Assembly (NCBI GenBank): GCA_965113315.1
Contig: OZ220375.1
From: Podarcis vaucheri
Taxonomy: Eukaryota
Reading direction: 5' to 3' (one strand)
Length of the DNA: 64,000 bases
A program made the position numbers and the translations under genes. Numbering within the stretch: position 1 is the first letter of the stretch; the number at the start of each line of letters is the position of its first letter. The notes beneath the pieces were generated by a model that did not search any database, was not told the origin of the DNA, and saw only the letters and a list, made by a program, of their open reading frames with translations. Shown piece after piece: positions 21,173-33,900 of this stretch.

Positions 21173-24100
21173 TCCCCTATCTGGGTAGGTTTTCCCAACC
21201 ACTCTGGGTGGCATATTCAGAACTTTTCCCCAGGCAGCATCTGATGAGTCCAAGTATAGTGTAGCAACAGACACAAAAATCAGTTCTAGAGCTGTATACG
21301 TAGTGGACAGCATACTCAAAAGTAAGAATTGTAACAAAATTACCAAGGAAATTAGAGTGACTTCAAAGTGTACTTTAATGGACAGGGCAATCTTTGCAGA
21401 ACAATTGGGGTACTGCACATCCCAGAACAATATTAAGGGAATATCACATAACTCCACACATTACTACTACTACGAATATGAAAAAAAGGAGTTGCTCCCT
21501 GTATCGCCATTACATATTACTGAAATTCTGTGCCAGTTTAGTAACATAGGGAAAGGCCCCAAAACATAAAGGATTCCAGAGTCATTAGTTTCTTGATGAA
21601 CCTTCTGCTGTTTCATTTATGGATTAGACTCAGCCTCTTTCTGTCTGTACTGAGCGTTGTCTTCCAGGATCCAGCAAGAAAGTGAAGGAGGGAGAGCCCC
21701 CTTGCTGCTACAATTGCATTCCATGTCCAGAGGGGAAGATTGCAAACCAGGATGGTAGGAGAAATAAATAGATTCAATAGATCCAGACTCAGTACTTAGG
21801 ATTGAATGGTCCTGTAAGGAAGGCTGAGTTTAAGTTTCAAAAGAGGAGATGATCTGATGTGTGTGTGAGCCTACCTCTTTGTAATCATTGCCCTTCAGAT
21901 AGTCTACATATGCTAAGCAAATGAGCATGACTATGCATTGAGAGTACTTGGGTGGTATGTGTTTCGAATCATATCTAGATTGCCATTCCTTCATAGCTGT
22001 CAACCGTCCCTTATTTGGTGGGAAACTCCCTTATCCCAGCACCATGTCCCGCTGCTGTCCCGAATTGATAATGTCCCTTAAATTTCCCGGGTTTAAAAGG
22101 AAGCAGCTCCTCTCCCTCCCTCCCTCCCTGCCAGCCAGGGAGGAGGGAGGCTCCAGCTGTGTTGCTTGGCTGCAATGCTCACCTCAGCTCAACTCACCTG
22201 AATTATCTAGAAGACGTTGTTGGCCTCCGCTCTGGGCGCCGGCTCAGAGGAGAAGGAGTGAGGCTGGCGCCACAACTGCTTGGCCCGCGAAGGGCTGTGC
22301 TAGCCCACCAGCACGGCAGCGAGGGCGGCCGCCAAGAGCCCGACAGCTAAGCGCAGCATTTTCCACCAGCTCGCTGTCATCCACACGAGCACAAACCTCC
22401 GCCGGTCCCTGCTGAGGCAAAGCGCGGCTGGAAAAGCCATCCGCTTCTGCCTCAGCCCACTTGAAGGGTAGGGCGGCTGCCCACCAGCTCCGCCGTGTTT
22501 GGTTAGGCCCTCCCTTCTTCGGCTCCATTGGAGAACCACCTCCGCTGTCAGAGCTCGCAAGGTGAAGCAACAAGCGCCTGGCCAGGCCATGCAGAAGCCA
22601 TAGTGGACCGGTCCAAAGGGCTGTGTGCAGCATGGATGAATGGGCGCGCCTCCCGCACGGGTGCCTTCTTTCCTAAGCCAAGTGTCTCCCATACCTGACA
22701 TCAGGACTCAACCCTCGCTTGGGGGACCTGCTGATGCTGCTTAAGCAGCAACATACAGCAGGGGCGTAGCGAGGATTTGGGGAGGGGGCAGGACACCCAC
22801 CTACCATCATCCTGTGCAAATTCAGAATGAAATTCCTCAGCAACAGTTGTTTAAAATTACTTCCTTTTGACCCTCAGTGCTCAGACAAATCTGTCAAAAT
22901 CTTTCTACAATTTCTTTTAGTTAAATATTTGTATTTATTTACTTGATTTAGGATTAGGCAGCTGCTAAGCCCCTGAGCTATAGCATACCTCTGAAAAACA
23001 AGCAAAAAAAACAAACATTTTCCATTGTAGAAATGGTTTGCTTGCTTTTTTTATTATCTCGCTGTACACTGTTTTGATGGCTTCAGGCTGTGAATCAGTT
23101 TAAATTAAAGGAATAGCAGTAAATGTTGCAAGAGGAGAAGGCTTGCGGATATGGTGCCAAAGTGGCTGGAATCTGGAAAGCTTCTTGAAGGGTACCTGGT
23201 ATTTGAATTTGAATAGCAGACCTCATCACAAATTAGTTTTGAAATCTCTGTGAGCTTCAAGACCAGGGAGGTGGGCGAAGTTCTCATTGCTCCTAGACTG
23301 TAGCTGGTAACTTCAATTTGAGTTGCTGAATAGACCAGTCACAAAACTCTTGACAGCACAATCTGGTCTATCACAAGTCCATCATAGTTAAGATTTATTT
23401 GGCAGAAAGACCCAATAAGCTCAATAAAGCCTACTTCCATGTAAATGGGTATAGGATTGCAGCTTCCAAGTTGAAGCCTCCAGAAGGGTGCCATTGAGGT
23501 TCCCAACCTGTGTGTGTGCAGGTGCACAAATGTGAATAATAATAATAATAATAATATATTTATACCCTGCTCATCTGGCTGGGTTTCCCCAGCCACTCTG
23601 GGCAGTTCCCAACAGAATATTAAAACACGATAAAACATCAGACATTACAAACTTCCCTAAACAGTGTTGCCTTCAGATGTCTTCTAAAAGTTGGGTAGTT
23701 GTTTATTTCTTTGACATCTGATGGGAGGGCATTCTACAGAGTGAGCGCCACTACCGAGAAGGCTCTCTGCCTGCTTCCCTGTAACCTCACTTCTAATAAT
23801 AATATGCATAATAATAATAATAATAAATAATTTATTATTTATACCCTGCCCATCTGGCTGGGTTTCCCCAGCCACTCTGGGTGGCTTCCAACCGAATATT
23901 AAAAACACAATACAGCATTAAACATTAAAAACTTCCCTAACCAGGGCTGTCTTTTGATAGTAAGACATGGGGGGGGTGCCAAAATGGGTCTTTGCCCCAG
24001 GTGAAAAAAGGCTAGTTTCACTCCTGGGTTGGAGTAGGTGGCCCTTGAGGTCACTTCCCAACGCTGCAGATTCTATGATTCTAAGTTCAGTTGGCCTTTT

Positions 24101-25552
24101 CCCTTCAAACATAGGCAACTCCTAGGGACACTGGCCCCCTTCCAGGGCTGGATTCAAGTTTGATGAGGCCCTAAGCTACAGAAGGTAATGGGGCCCTTTC
24201 TATGTCCAGCTGTCCTTTGTCAAGAACAAATTGTTGCTGTTTTTTTGTGTTGAATATATGCTATATGGTAATTTATGGACCTAATAAGTATCTAAAGCCA
24301 TTTGCACGCAACAAAATATGTATTTTATCCAAGTAATTGTTGATCCCTTATTTTGACTGCTGATCCCTTATTTTCGAGGCTGCTGGACCCTTATTTTCAA
24401 ATCTGTAAGTTGACAGCTATGCACTCCTTCTGACTTGCGCAGGCTGCACCCAGGCTAGTGTGAATAAACATTCAGATGTCAATGGCTCAGGCTGACCACA
24501 TAGCTCTTCAACAATACCACATTACAGAGTATCAGGCAGTATTCAACATGTGTTTTAATATGAGCAGAGCTCTTTTCTTCTCAGACAGAAAGTCAACATT
24601 GGACCCAACAAGGTGATATGAGCTAAAGTTCATTTCCTTATTTTCCCCAGATATGAATGACTGTCATAAATGCCCAGACAAAGAATATCCAAGCAAGAAC
24701 CGAGATGCATGTCTACCCAAGGATATCAGCTTCTTGTCTTATGAAGAACCTTTGGGCATCAGTTTAGCCTGCTGCTCTCTTTTCCTTTCCCTGATCACAG
24801 CTCTGGTACTAGGTACATTTATAAAACACCATGACACACCCATTGTCATTGCAAACAACCGAAACCTCACATACACTCTCCTCGTCTCTCTCCTGCTCTG
24901 CTTCCTTTGTGCATTGCTCTTCATTGGCCAACCTAAGAAGGTGACATGCCTCCTCCGACAAACAGTTTTTGGCATCATCTTCTCAACTGCTGTTTCTTGT
25001 GTCCTGGCAAAAACCTTCACTGTGGTTTTGGCCTTCATGGCTACAAAACCAGAGTCCAGGATGAGGAAATGGGTGGGGAAAGGACTAGGCCACTCCATTC
25101 TGCTTTCCTGCTCCATAGTCCAAGTAGGCATATGTACTGTGTGGCTGGCAACCTCTCCCCCATACCCAGATGTGGACATGCACTCAATGACAGAAGAAAT
25201 TATACTAGAATGTAATGAAGGGTCTGTGGCAATGTTTTTCTGTGTCCTCATCTACATGAGTTGCCTGGCAACTGTAAGTTTTGCTGTGGCTTTCCTCGCC
25301 AGAAAGTTACCAGACAGTTTCAACGAAGCCAAGTTTATCACTTTCAGCATGTTGGTCTTCTGCAGTGTTTGGCTCTCCTTTATTCCTTCCTACCTGAGCG
25401 CCAAGGGAAAATATATGGTGGCAGTGGAGATCTTCTCCATCTTAGCCTCCGGTATTGGGCTGCTGGTTTGCATCTTTTCCCCCAAATGTTACATAATCAT
25501 TCTGAGGCCTGAGCTGAACAATAGGGAACAGCTAATAAGGAAGAAAAATTAA
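14666..25552 (+). CDS. V2R gene C (alpha subfamily), intact vomeronasal type-2 receptor, about 875 aa
   Basis: Exons 14666-14883, 15697-15988, 17133-17993, 18994-19221, 21628-21754, 24651-25552; total 2628 nt in frame. Confidence 0.93.
15127..15186. repeat. (GT)n(GA)n microsatellite
   Basis: Seen directly. Confidence 0.95.
15410..15526. mobile_element. Tc1/mariner MITE, right half
   Basis: Matches 11030-11134; ends gaggtaccacag|ta. Confidence 0.75.
15697..15988 (+). CDS. V2R gene C exon 2
   Basis: 292 bp, [16 protein letters not shown]...KIPQ. Confidence 0.92.
16321..16562. mobile_element. Tc1/mariner MITE
   Basis: ta|cagtggtacctc...gaggtaccactg|ta; empty site in gene D near 29615. Confidence 0.9.
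17133..17993 (+). CDS. V2R gene C exon 3
   Basis: 861 bp open, flanked by ag/gt. Confidence 0.93.
18994..19221 (+). CDS. V2R gene C exon 4
   Basis: 228 bp, [12 protein letters not shown]...WFNQ. Confidence 0.92.
20215..20711 (+). mobile_element. Solo LTR (same family as 52191-52690)
   Basis: tatcaggga...cctgcca, flanks tgtat/ggtat; empty site in gene A intron 4 near 1050. Confidence 0.75.
20855..21210 (-). mobile_element. Three stacked L2-like LINE 3' tails with (AAT)n
   Basis: Repeated ctgggtttccccagccactctggg units each preceded by (aat)n or (ttta)n; same motif at 1182-1270, 11717-11850 and 23535-23950. Confidence 0.6.
21628..21754 (+). CDS. V2R gene C exon 5
   Basis: 127 bp, [14 protein letters not shown]...[17 protein letters not shown]. 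Confidence 0.92.
21992..24421. mobile_element. hAT-type non-autonomous element with nested insertions
   Basis: Perfect 13-bp TIR catagctgtcaac / gttgacagctatg; 8-bp TSD cattcctt / cactcctt; empty site gcactccttc in gene D near 33597. Confidence 0.88.
24651..25552 (+). CDS. V2R gene C exon 6 (7TM)
   Basis: 902 bp open to TAA. Confidence 0.95.
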
Positions 25553-26229
25553 AGACTTAAGAAACCTGTCCTTTCTGCATTTTGTGCTTTTCTCTGTGTG
25601 TTTAATAGAATATTTGCAAAGATGTGTTCAGCAGCTGCCTTATATAATTTTTTCTAGACCTGGTGATTCATGATAGTTAGTCTTGTGTAGTTTTTTACAG
25701 GAGGGAAAATATATAAGGTTACCAGACGTCCCCGTTTCCCGGGGACAGTCCCCGGATTTACAAATCAGTCCCCATACAAAATCCATTGAAGGTGAAAAGT
25801 GTCCCTGAATTAATCTGGAAAAAATCTTAAAGAAATAATAAAAGGGTCAAACGATCCAGGGTTGTCTTCGACATACTTCACATGAGGTAACTTGGGTGGC
25901 TGAACAGAATATCAAATAAATTCATAGGGGGTATGAATATCAGTAGTTTGGATCAGCTGAAACAAAAAGACTGTGCAAGCCACAGAGGCCACTGACACCT
26001 TCAGCCGCTAGCAGGATGGTTTCAATTTGTTTATTTTTCTGGATTTGCTTGGAACCCATGAGAAAGCAGGCTCTTGATGCCATTGAGCTCAGATTATGCA
26101 AGAGGTTGAATTTCCTATTATTCTTACTGCAAAATCAACTTTTGATATTTCAAGCTCACTACCCTCATTCAGGAACTGAAAGCCATACTTAAATACCATT
26201 TTAACTTTATTTTTCATATTTGATTTCAG

Positions 26230-27131
26230 ACATGGATTATTGTTTTCAATGTTCAGAAGATCAGAATCCAAACATTGGCCAGGATACATGTCTTCCAAAA
26301 GAAATAAGCTTCCTGACTTACAATGAGCCTCTGGGGATCAGTTTGGTCACGCTTGCTCTTTTATTGACTTTCACTACAACGTTGGTGCTTAGAATATTCA
26401 TCAAGCACAAAGAAACTCCCATAGTCAAAGCCAACCATCGGACCCTCACCTATGCTCTCCTCCTAGCCCTCATTCTCTCCTTCCTTTGTCCTTTGCTATT
26501 CATTGGCCAGCCCACAAAAATAACCTGTCTCCTTCGACAAACTGCTTTTGAAGTGATTTTCTCAGAGGCAGTGTCTTGCATCTTAGCAAAAACAACTATA
26601 GTGGTTCTAGCTTTCATGGCTACCAAGCCAGGCTCCAGAATGAGGAGATGGGTGGGGAAACACATGGCCATCTCCATTGTTGTTTTCAGTTTCCTCATTC
26701 AAATGATGATTCGTAGTGCCTTGCTGATAGTTGCTCCCCAAATCCCTGATTTAGACAAGCACTCAGGAACTAAAGAAATCGTACTGCAATGTAACGAAGG
26801 ATCAGTCACCATGTTCTACTGTGTCCTAGGCTCCATGGGAATGCTGGCCATGGTCAGTTTCACTGTGGCTTTCCTAGCTAGGAAGTTACCAGACAGTTTT
26901 AATGAAGCCAAGTTCATCACCTTCAGCATGTTGGTCTTTTGCAGTGTGTGGCTGTCCTTTGTTCCTACCTACCTGAGTACCAAGGGAAAGTAAATGGTGG
27001 CTGTGGAGATCTTTTCTATTATGGCCTCTAGTTTTGGGTTACTAGGCTGTATCTTCTTCCCCAAATGTTATATCATTTTGGTGAGGCCAGAGTTAAACAG
27101 CAGGGGACAGCTTACAATAAGAAAGAAATAA
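26230..27131 (+). pseudogene. Isolated chimeric V2R exon 6
   Basis: Intact acceptor, TAC>TAA at 26991-26993 in KGKYMVAVE, natural stop at 27129; exons 1-5 absent. Confidence 0.92.
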
Positions 27132-27713
27132 AGCATGACCAAGTGTATTTGATGTGGCATATAATAGATGGGCTAAATCTCCTTCCATTCATTTTGCCAC
27201 AACCCAACAAAACAGTCCCCCATAGCTCATAGCCCATGTAGCTCTTCTCCCTGCAATTTCCCCTAACAAAGTACTCTGATTAAGGGAAGCAGTGGCTCAT
27301 GTATCCCAGTCTCATAGAGCTGGAAAGGGACCCCAATTCCAAGATACTGACTACATATTTTGGAAACCCAATTGGTTACAATGTCTTCTTTAATGAGCTT
27401 CTAACTTTTAACATCTAACTTCATCAATACACCACTGGTCTTCTATTATCTAATGAAAGGGTAATAAAAATAACAGTTCTGAATAGGTGACAAACACATT
27501 TTCTTCAGCAATTCCAGAGGGAATTCTTACCATTGGATGAATAACTACATTCCTGCTTGATGATTAACAGGGCTATAATTTGAGTCTGATTTTGGATACT
27601 CCCAGATTGCATCATTTTGGGAAAATAAACTACCATTTAAACAAGACAATTTTAACTCAGAAAAGAGAAAATGTAGTTTCTGCATAGAACAAACAGTTGC
27701 CTTTGTATTGAGA

Positions 27714-27931
27714 ATGGTGGTTTTAGTGGTCTTGCTTCTGGAACTGTTTTCATACAAAGTATGTCAGGCTCACATAGCAAAATGCAGGCTTCAAGATCCA
27801 CACCATCCACTTCACATGTATCATCAGCCAGGAGAGTTCCTCATTGGTGGCATTGTTTTCCATAGTGGCTTCATCTCATCTCCAGCAACATTCACTGAGG
27901 AACCCCCACCAGCGCTGCCTGAAGAGCTTGT
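27714..27931 (+). CDS. V2R gene D exon 1
   Basis: 218 bp, GT|gtaaga. Confidence 0.9.
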
Positions 27932-30900
27932 GTAAGAACTAAGCCACACATCTATTACAGAACAGGAATGATCAAACCTAGAGATGCAGCCTCAGAATCA
28001 TGATGGAATATATTATGAAACATAGAATTTTGTGAATTACAAAATGAATTTCAGTAGCGGCAAATGTCAGGTTCTGCACTTAGGCAGGAATTACCAGCTA
28101 CACAAATCTAAGGTAGGGAACACCCGGCCTGCCAGTAGCACACTTGAAAAGGATCAAGGAGTCTGCATCCACAGAAGTATAGTGCCCCAATCAAAAGAAG
28201 TAACAGAGCAGCTCTATTCTGCCATGCTCAGACCACACCTGGAGTACTGTGCTCAGTTGTGTACAGCACTATTTAAGGAGGATATTGACAAGCTGCAACA
28301 TGTGCAGAAGGAGGATGATACATATGATCAAGGGTCTGGAAGCCAAAATTATGAGGGAACATTGAGGGGGTTGGCTATGTTTAGCTATGAAAATAGAAGA
28401 CTGAGTGGATGTAGGATAGACATTTTTAAATATCTCATCAGCTGTCACCAGGAAGATGGAGCAAGCTTGTTTTCTCCAGAGGGAAGGACCCAAACCAGTG
28501 GATTCAAGATGCAAGAGAGGAGATTCTGTCTAGACATCAGGAAGAACTTGCTAATTATAAAAACTGTTCAGCAATGGAATAGACAGGGAGTTAACTCCAC
28601 TGAAGTCTATATGCTTAACTACTTTGTTGATATGTAAAATGATATACCAGTATATGTTCCTCCTGATGCCCTTTGCAACTCTCATTCTAGGGTGGTGCCT
28701 AAGCTTTACCAGCACATTGTGGCCTTGGCATTTGCAGTCAAGGAGATCACTGAAGACCCTCACATCTTACCCAATATCACCTTGGGCTTTCACTTATATG
28801 ACAGCTATAACAATGCAAGGAGCACATATCTCGCCACACTGCTACTTTTATCCAGGGTGGAGAAATTTGTTCCTAACTATCTATGTGATGTTGAAAATAA
28901 TCTGGCAGGGGTCATTGGGGGACTTGATTCTGAAATCTCCTTTTATGTGGCAACTGTTTTGGATATCTATAAGATTCCGCAGGTAGGACACCTATGTACT
29001 ATACCTCTGTTAGCTTGAGTTTCAGGTAGGTAGCCGTGTTGCTCTGGTGCAGTAGAAATATATAAAATTAAAAAATTTAAAAAATTGTCCACTAGCACCT
29101 TAGAGACCAACTGAGTTTGTTCTTGGTATGAGCTTTCATGTGCATGCACATTTCACAGCACCCGTTCAGGGTGTATTACCACTTCTGGGTTGGGATGAAA
29201 TTGGAGCAGAACCAGTTCTTTGGAATGTAAAGGTGGTACAGGATTAAAATAAAATAAAATTACCTGAATTAGGGGAAAGAAAGGCTGCAATACCAGAAAA
29301 AATATGTCACACCCCCAATCTCTTGCACACACATTAAGTATCTGAAGAAGTGTGCATGCACACAAAAGCTCATACCAATAACAAACTTAGTTGGTCTCTA
29401 AGGTGCTACTGGAAGGAATTTTTTTTATTTTGTTTCGACTATGGTAGACCAGCACGGCTACCTATCTGTAACACACATTAAGGACATCCCAAAGGCAATT
29501 GGTGGGAGAGTGGGCTTCTCTCTCACCAGCCATGACTCCACACGCAATATGTGTATGTTTAGGGGGAAAGCACTTTCAAATTAAACACACTCTGAAGGTA
29601 TGACAAATTGCAGATATAATCCAGTTATGCAGGAAAACAGTAATAGTACTGAGCAGCTGGTTCCAAAGTGAAATAAATGTTCATAAATGATGTCTGAGGT
29701 CTTGAAAAACAAGAGGGAGAAATGGCAGTTCTGCTGTGTCTTGGGGTATGTGCATCATGAATACGAAAGAAGTTCCAGAGAAGGAATGTGTATGCAACCC
29801 AAGTTGCAATTCTGTCATGACTACAGTAAATAATGTCTTTTACAGTGTTAGGCAATGCTATGTTTAGGGCATTATGTGTCTCTCCAATCAGTTGTACATG
29901 ACCCTGCCAAATTTTGCAAGTATGTGAAAGTTAAAAAAATATAAGATAATATAAGAACAATCCCCCTGTCTGGTCAACATAACAAATGTGTAACAAGCAG
30001 GAATAGGAGATGATCGCAATTTCCAGACCATCTGCATGTGTGTTTAGTATAAATGAGAAAGCAATGCAACCCCTGGTGGGTGGCAAAAGGCATATCTGAC
30101 AAACAGGATTCACCACATAATGTATATGAATAGTTTGAAAGAACTCTACAAATATTACTTTGCCTCTTCTCTTCCTCCATTTACTTTTTAGCTCATTTAT
30201 GGCTCTGCTCCAGTGATGAATGATAAAAGCCCAGGGCTTCCCTTCTACCAGATGGCAGCCTCAGAAGCCTTTCAGTACGAGGGAATTCTCTCTTTGCTTC
30301 TGCATTTCAGGTGGATGTGGATTGGAATTATTGCAACGGACAATGACAATGGAGAAAGATTTGTGCAAACCATTTCCCCAATGTTTACCAAGAGTGGTGT
30401 CTGCTTTGCATACATAGAAAGAATCCCCAATTTTAGTTTTATTTCTGAAATTCCTGGCATGGTAACACAGGGGGCAATAATAAACGAGAAAATTTTTAGC
30501 AGCAATGCTAACGTAGTGGTTGCCTCTGGAGAATCTTACTTCATGACAACTTTTAGGTTGCTTTCATACTTTTCAGAAAATGATGACCAGACAAAGAAAG
30601 TAAAAAGTAAAGTATGGATAATAACAGCCCAGGTTGAGTTTGCTTCATTTGTCTTTCAAAGGTACTGGGAGGCAGGAATATTCAATGGTGCTATATCCTT
30701 TGAAATTCACTGCAAAAACCCACCAGGATTTCATCAGTATGTTGTGCACAGAAACCCTTCCAGCACAGATGGGGACGGTTTTATCAGGGACTTCTGGCAA
30801 CAGGCCTTTGAATGTGTATTCCCAGATATCACTGCAGACAAGGCAGAGGGGAATATTTGCACCAGAGAAGAGAAGCTGGAGAGCCTTCCTGCATCACTTT

Positions 30901-33900
30901 TTGAAATGAGCATGACAGGCCATAGTTATAGCATCCACAGCGCTGTCTACGCCATGGCCCATGCTTTACATGCCAGATTGAGACATAGAGGAATGGCAAA
31001 CGGAGGGAGAGGGAAGAATCTGAATCTGCAGTTTTGGCAGGTAAAGGCTGAACATCCTCAACTGTGAAAGTCCTCTTCCTTCCTGACACTTTTTGGGTTC
31101 CCAAAAGCCTATCGACTTGTTCTTTCCTCTCAGAGTTCAAACATTTGAGCGGGTGTGTTAGGAAGAAGAACAAAGAACTGAATTTATAATTCTACAGACA
31201 GAGTAGGAGGTGGCACTGATATGATAGTATCCTAGATAATTCCCCACATATTGTGCTGCTTTCAAATGACAGTAGACCCTATAGGAAAGGGAAATGATAG
31301 TGGTGTCCTTCCTTGAGTAGGTACTGCCTTGTGTTTGAAGAGAAAGCATTTGTATGAGGGAAGCTTTACAGCCCAGTGAGGTGCCACTGCATTCATATAT
31401 AGGAAGCTGTGGTAATGGTTGAGAGAGATGTTCAGCATTCCCTCTATCCCATATCAAACAAATCCTTCCTTAGAGTAGGTGGTCACACACCACTGCCATG
31501 TCTTCCAAGATGTTCAGTGATGCTGAGGAGTACGAGAGAGAGAAACCTTGCTACTCACACATATTTAACTTGCGGGCATTCAGAGAGAGACGGGTTGTAA
31601 GGACGTTTGAAAGAGAGGCATGTGTGTGAAAGAAAACTGGTTGACTCCAAACGTGGACTTGAATCCACTGACAGTTCACTGAATCACCCCTCACCATTTG
31701 CTGTAGGTTCTGCTCATAGGGGAAAAATACTCCTCCCTGCATTAGACTAATGCCTTTTCCAAACCCATGTCTTTTCTGTTTTCAATCTAGCTCCATCACT
31801 TTCTGAGAAATATCTCATTTAACAATATGGCAGGAGATCTGGTCTTCATCAATCAGAATGGAGAGGCCGCATCTAGCTTGGATATTGTCAATTGGATCAT
31901 ATTCTCCAACCAAAGTTTGCACAGAGTGAGAGTTGGGAGGATAGATCCGCAGGCTCCTCCAGACCAATCATTACTCCTTGATGAAGATGCCATCACATGG
32001 CACAGTTGGTTTAACCAGGTAGGGTTGCATTGTTTGCTAATTCAAAAGAGATTAAGTATTGAATAAGCAATCATTATCCACCTGCAGGTCTACTCACTAT
32101 CTTTTGAGTCATAAATTGATGAGTGGTGTATGACCAAAGCATCCAGGTACCAGATTAAGAGCCAAAAGTTTGCTGCTAGAAGACCAATATTTTATTAAGG
32201 AGGTTACAAAACAGAAGAACACTTTTACTACAAAATAAAGTTAAGCATGGCTAAGAGTGTAAATATGCCTTAGGGGGTTGCTAGTTCAGATGAAAATAAC
32301 AAAAGCTAGGTTGTCTCAGCCTGATCCCAACCATTCACAGAGCCAGTGTGGTGTAGTGGTTAAGAACGGTAGTCTTGTAATCTGGGGAACCGGGTTCGCG
32401 TCTCCGCTCCTCCACATGCAGCTGCTGGGTGACCTTGGGCCAGTCACACTTCTTTGAAGTCTCTCAGCCCCACTCACCTCACAGAGTGTTTGTTGTGGGG
32501 GAGGAAGGGAAAGGAGAATGTTAGCCGCTTTGAGATTCCTTAAAGGGAGTGAAAGGCGGGATATCAAATCCAAACTCTTCTTCTTCTTCTTCTTCACAGA
32601 CCACACTACAAGCTGCATCCATGGAAATGTGGGTTTTGCATCACACAATCCTTCATCTGAATGTGTGTCATTAAGTCCAGATCAAATAACAGTTTTTCTA
32701 TGAAAGGGCCTGGAGACAGGAGGGCAAGTTTTCTTTCAGTCAAATGCAGCCTCTGGGTACATTCCCCCAGCACAAGAGGGGATACATGCTCAGAGACCAT
32801 GAAGCTACAAAGTGGATTTCTTCACAATCATTGTGACCTTGAAGCAACAATATATCAAACAATGCAGACAAGTAGTAAGCTTGACTAATTAAATGGATTG
32901 TTTTTTCCGCTGGGGGACTTCAACTAGAATCCTAAGTAGAAAAGAAGAAAACTATTGTAAAATAAACCAAAGCAATTTGGATTTCTGTATAGAATTTTTG
33001 ATTGGAGCAGCCCCTGATAGCTGCAGTCATTTTTACCATCTCGGCAAACTCACAAATCTTAACTTGCCATCCCAGAACAATACTGAGGGAATATCACATA
33101 ATTTCAAACATTACTACTACTACGAATATGAAAAAAGTAGTTGCTCTCTGTATGGCCATTACATATTACTGAAATTCTGTATCCAAAGTGATTAGTCCCT
33201 TGATGAACCTTCTGCTGTTTCATTTATGGATTAGACTCAGCCTCTTTCTGTCTGTACTGAGAGTTGTCTTCCAGGATCCAGCAAGAAAGTGAAGGAGGGA
33301 GAGCCCCCTTGCTGCTACAGTTGCATCCCATGTCCAGAGGGGAAGATTGCAAACCAGGAGGGTAAGAGAAATAAATAGATTCAATAGATCCAGACTCAGT
33401 ACTTAGGATTGAATGGTGCTGTAAGGAAGGCTGAGTTTAAGTTTCAAAAAAGGAGATCATCTACTGTGTGTGTGACCCTGCCTCTTTGTAATCATTGCCC
33501 TTCAGATAGTCTAAATATGCTAATCAAATGAGAATGACTATGCATTGAGAGTAGTTGGGTGGTATGTGGTTCAAATCATATCTAGAGGGGTCTTGGCACT
33601 CCTTCAGACTTACACAGGCTGCACCCAGACTAGTGTGAATAAACATTCAGTTGTCATTGGCTCTGGCTGTGGCACCACATAGTTCTGAACCAATTAAATT
33701 CAACAATACCACATTGCAGCACATTAGACAGTATTCAGCATGTGATTTAATTTGAGCAGAGCTCTTTTCTTCTCAGACAGAAAGTCAACCGGACCCAACA
33801 AGGTGATATGAGCTAAAGGTCATTTCCTTATTTTTTCCAGATATGAATGACTGTGATAAATGCCCTGACAAAGAATATCCAAGCAAGAACCAGGATGCAT

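Noticed and set aside
21001-21457. Poly-I, poly-N and poly-Y ORFs
   Set aside because: Translations of (AAT)n microsatellites
26230-27131. Functional alternative terminal exon giving gene C a second 7TM
   Set aside because: The acceptor and phase fit, but there is a nonsense codon before TM7, several radical substitutions, and AATAAA sites lie between it and the gene C stop
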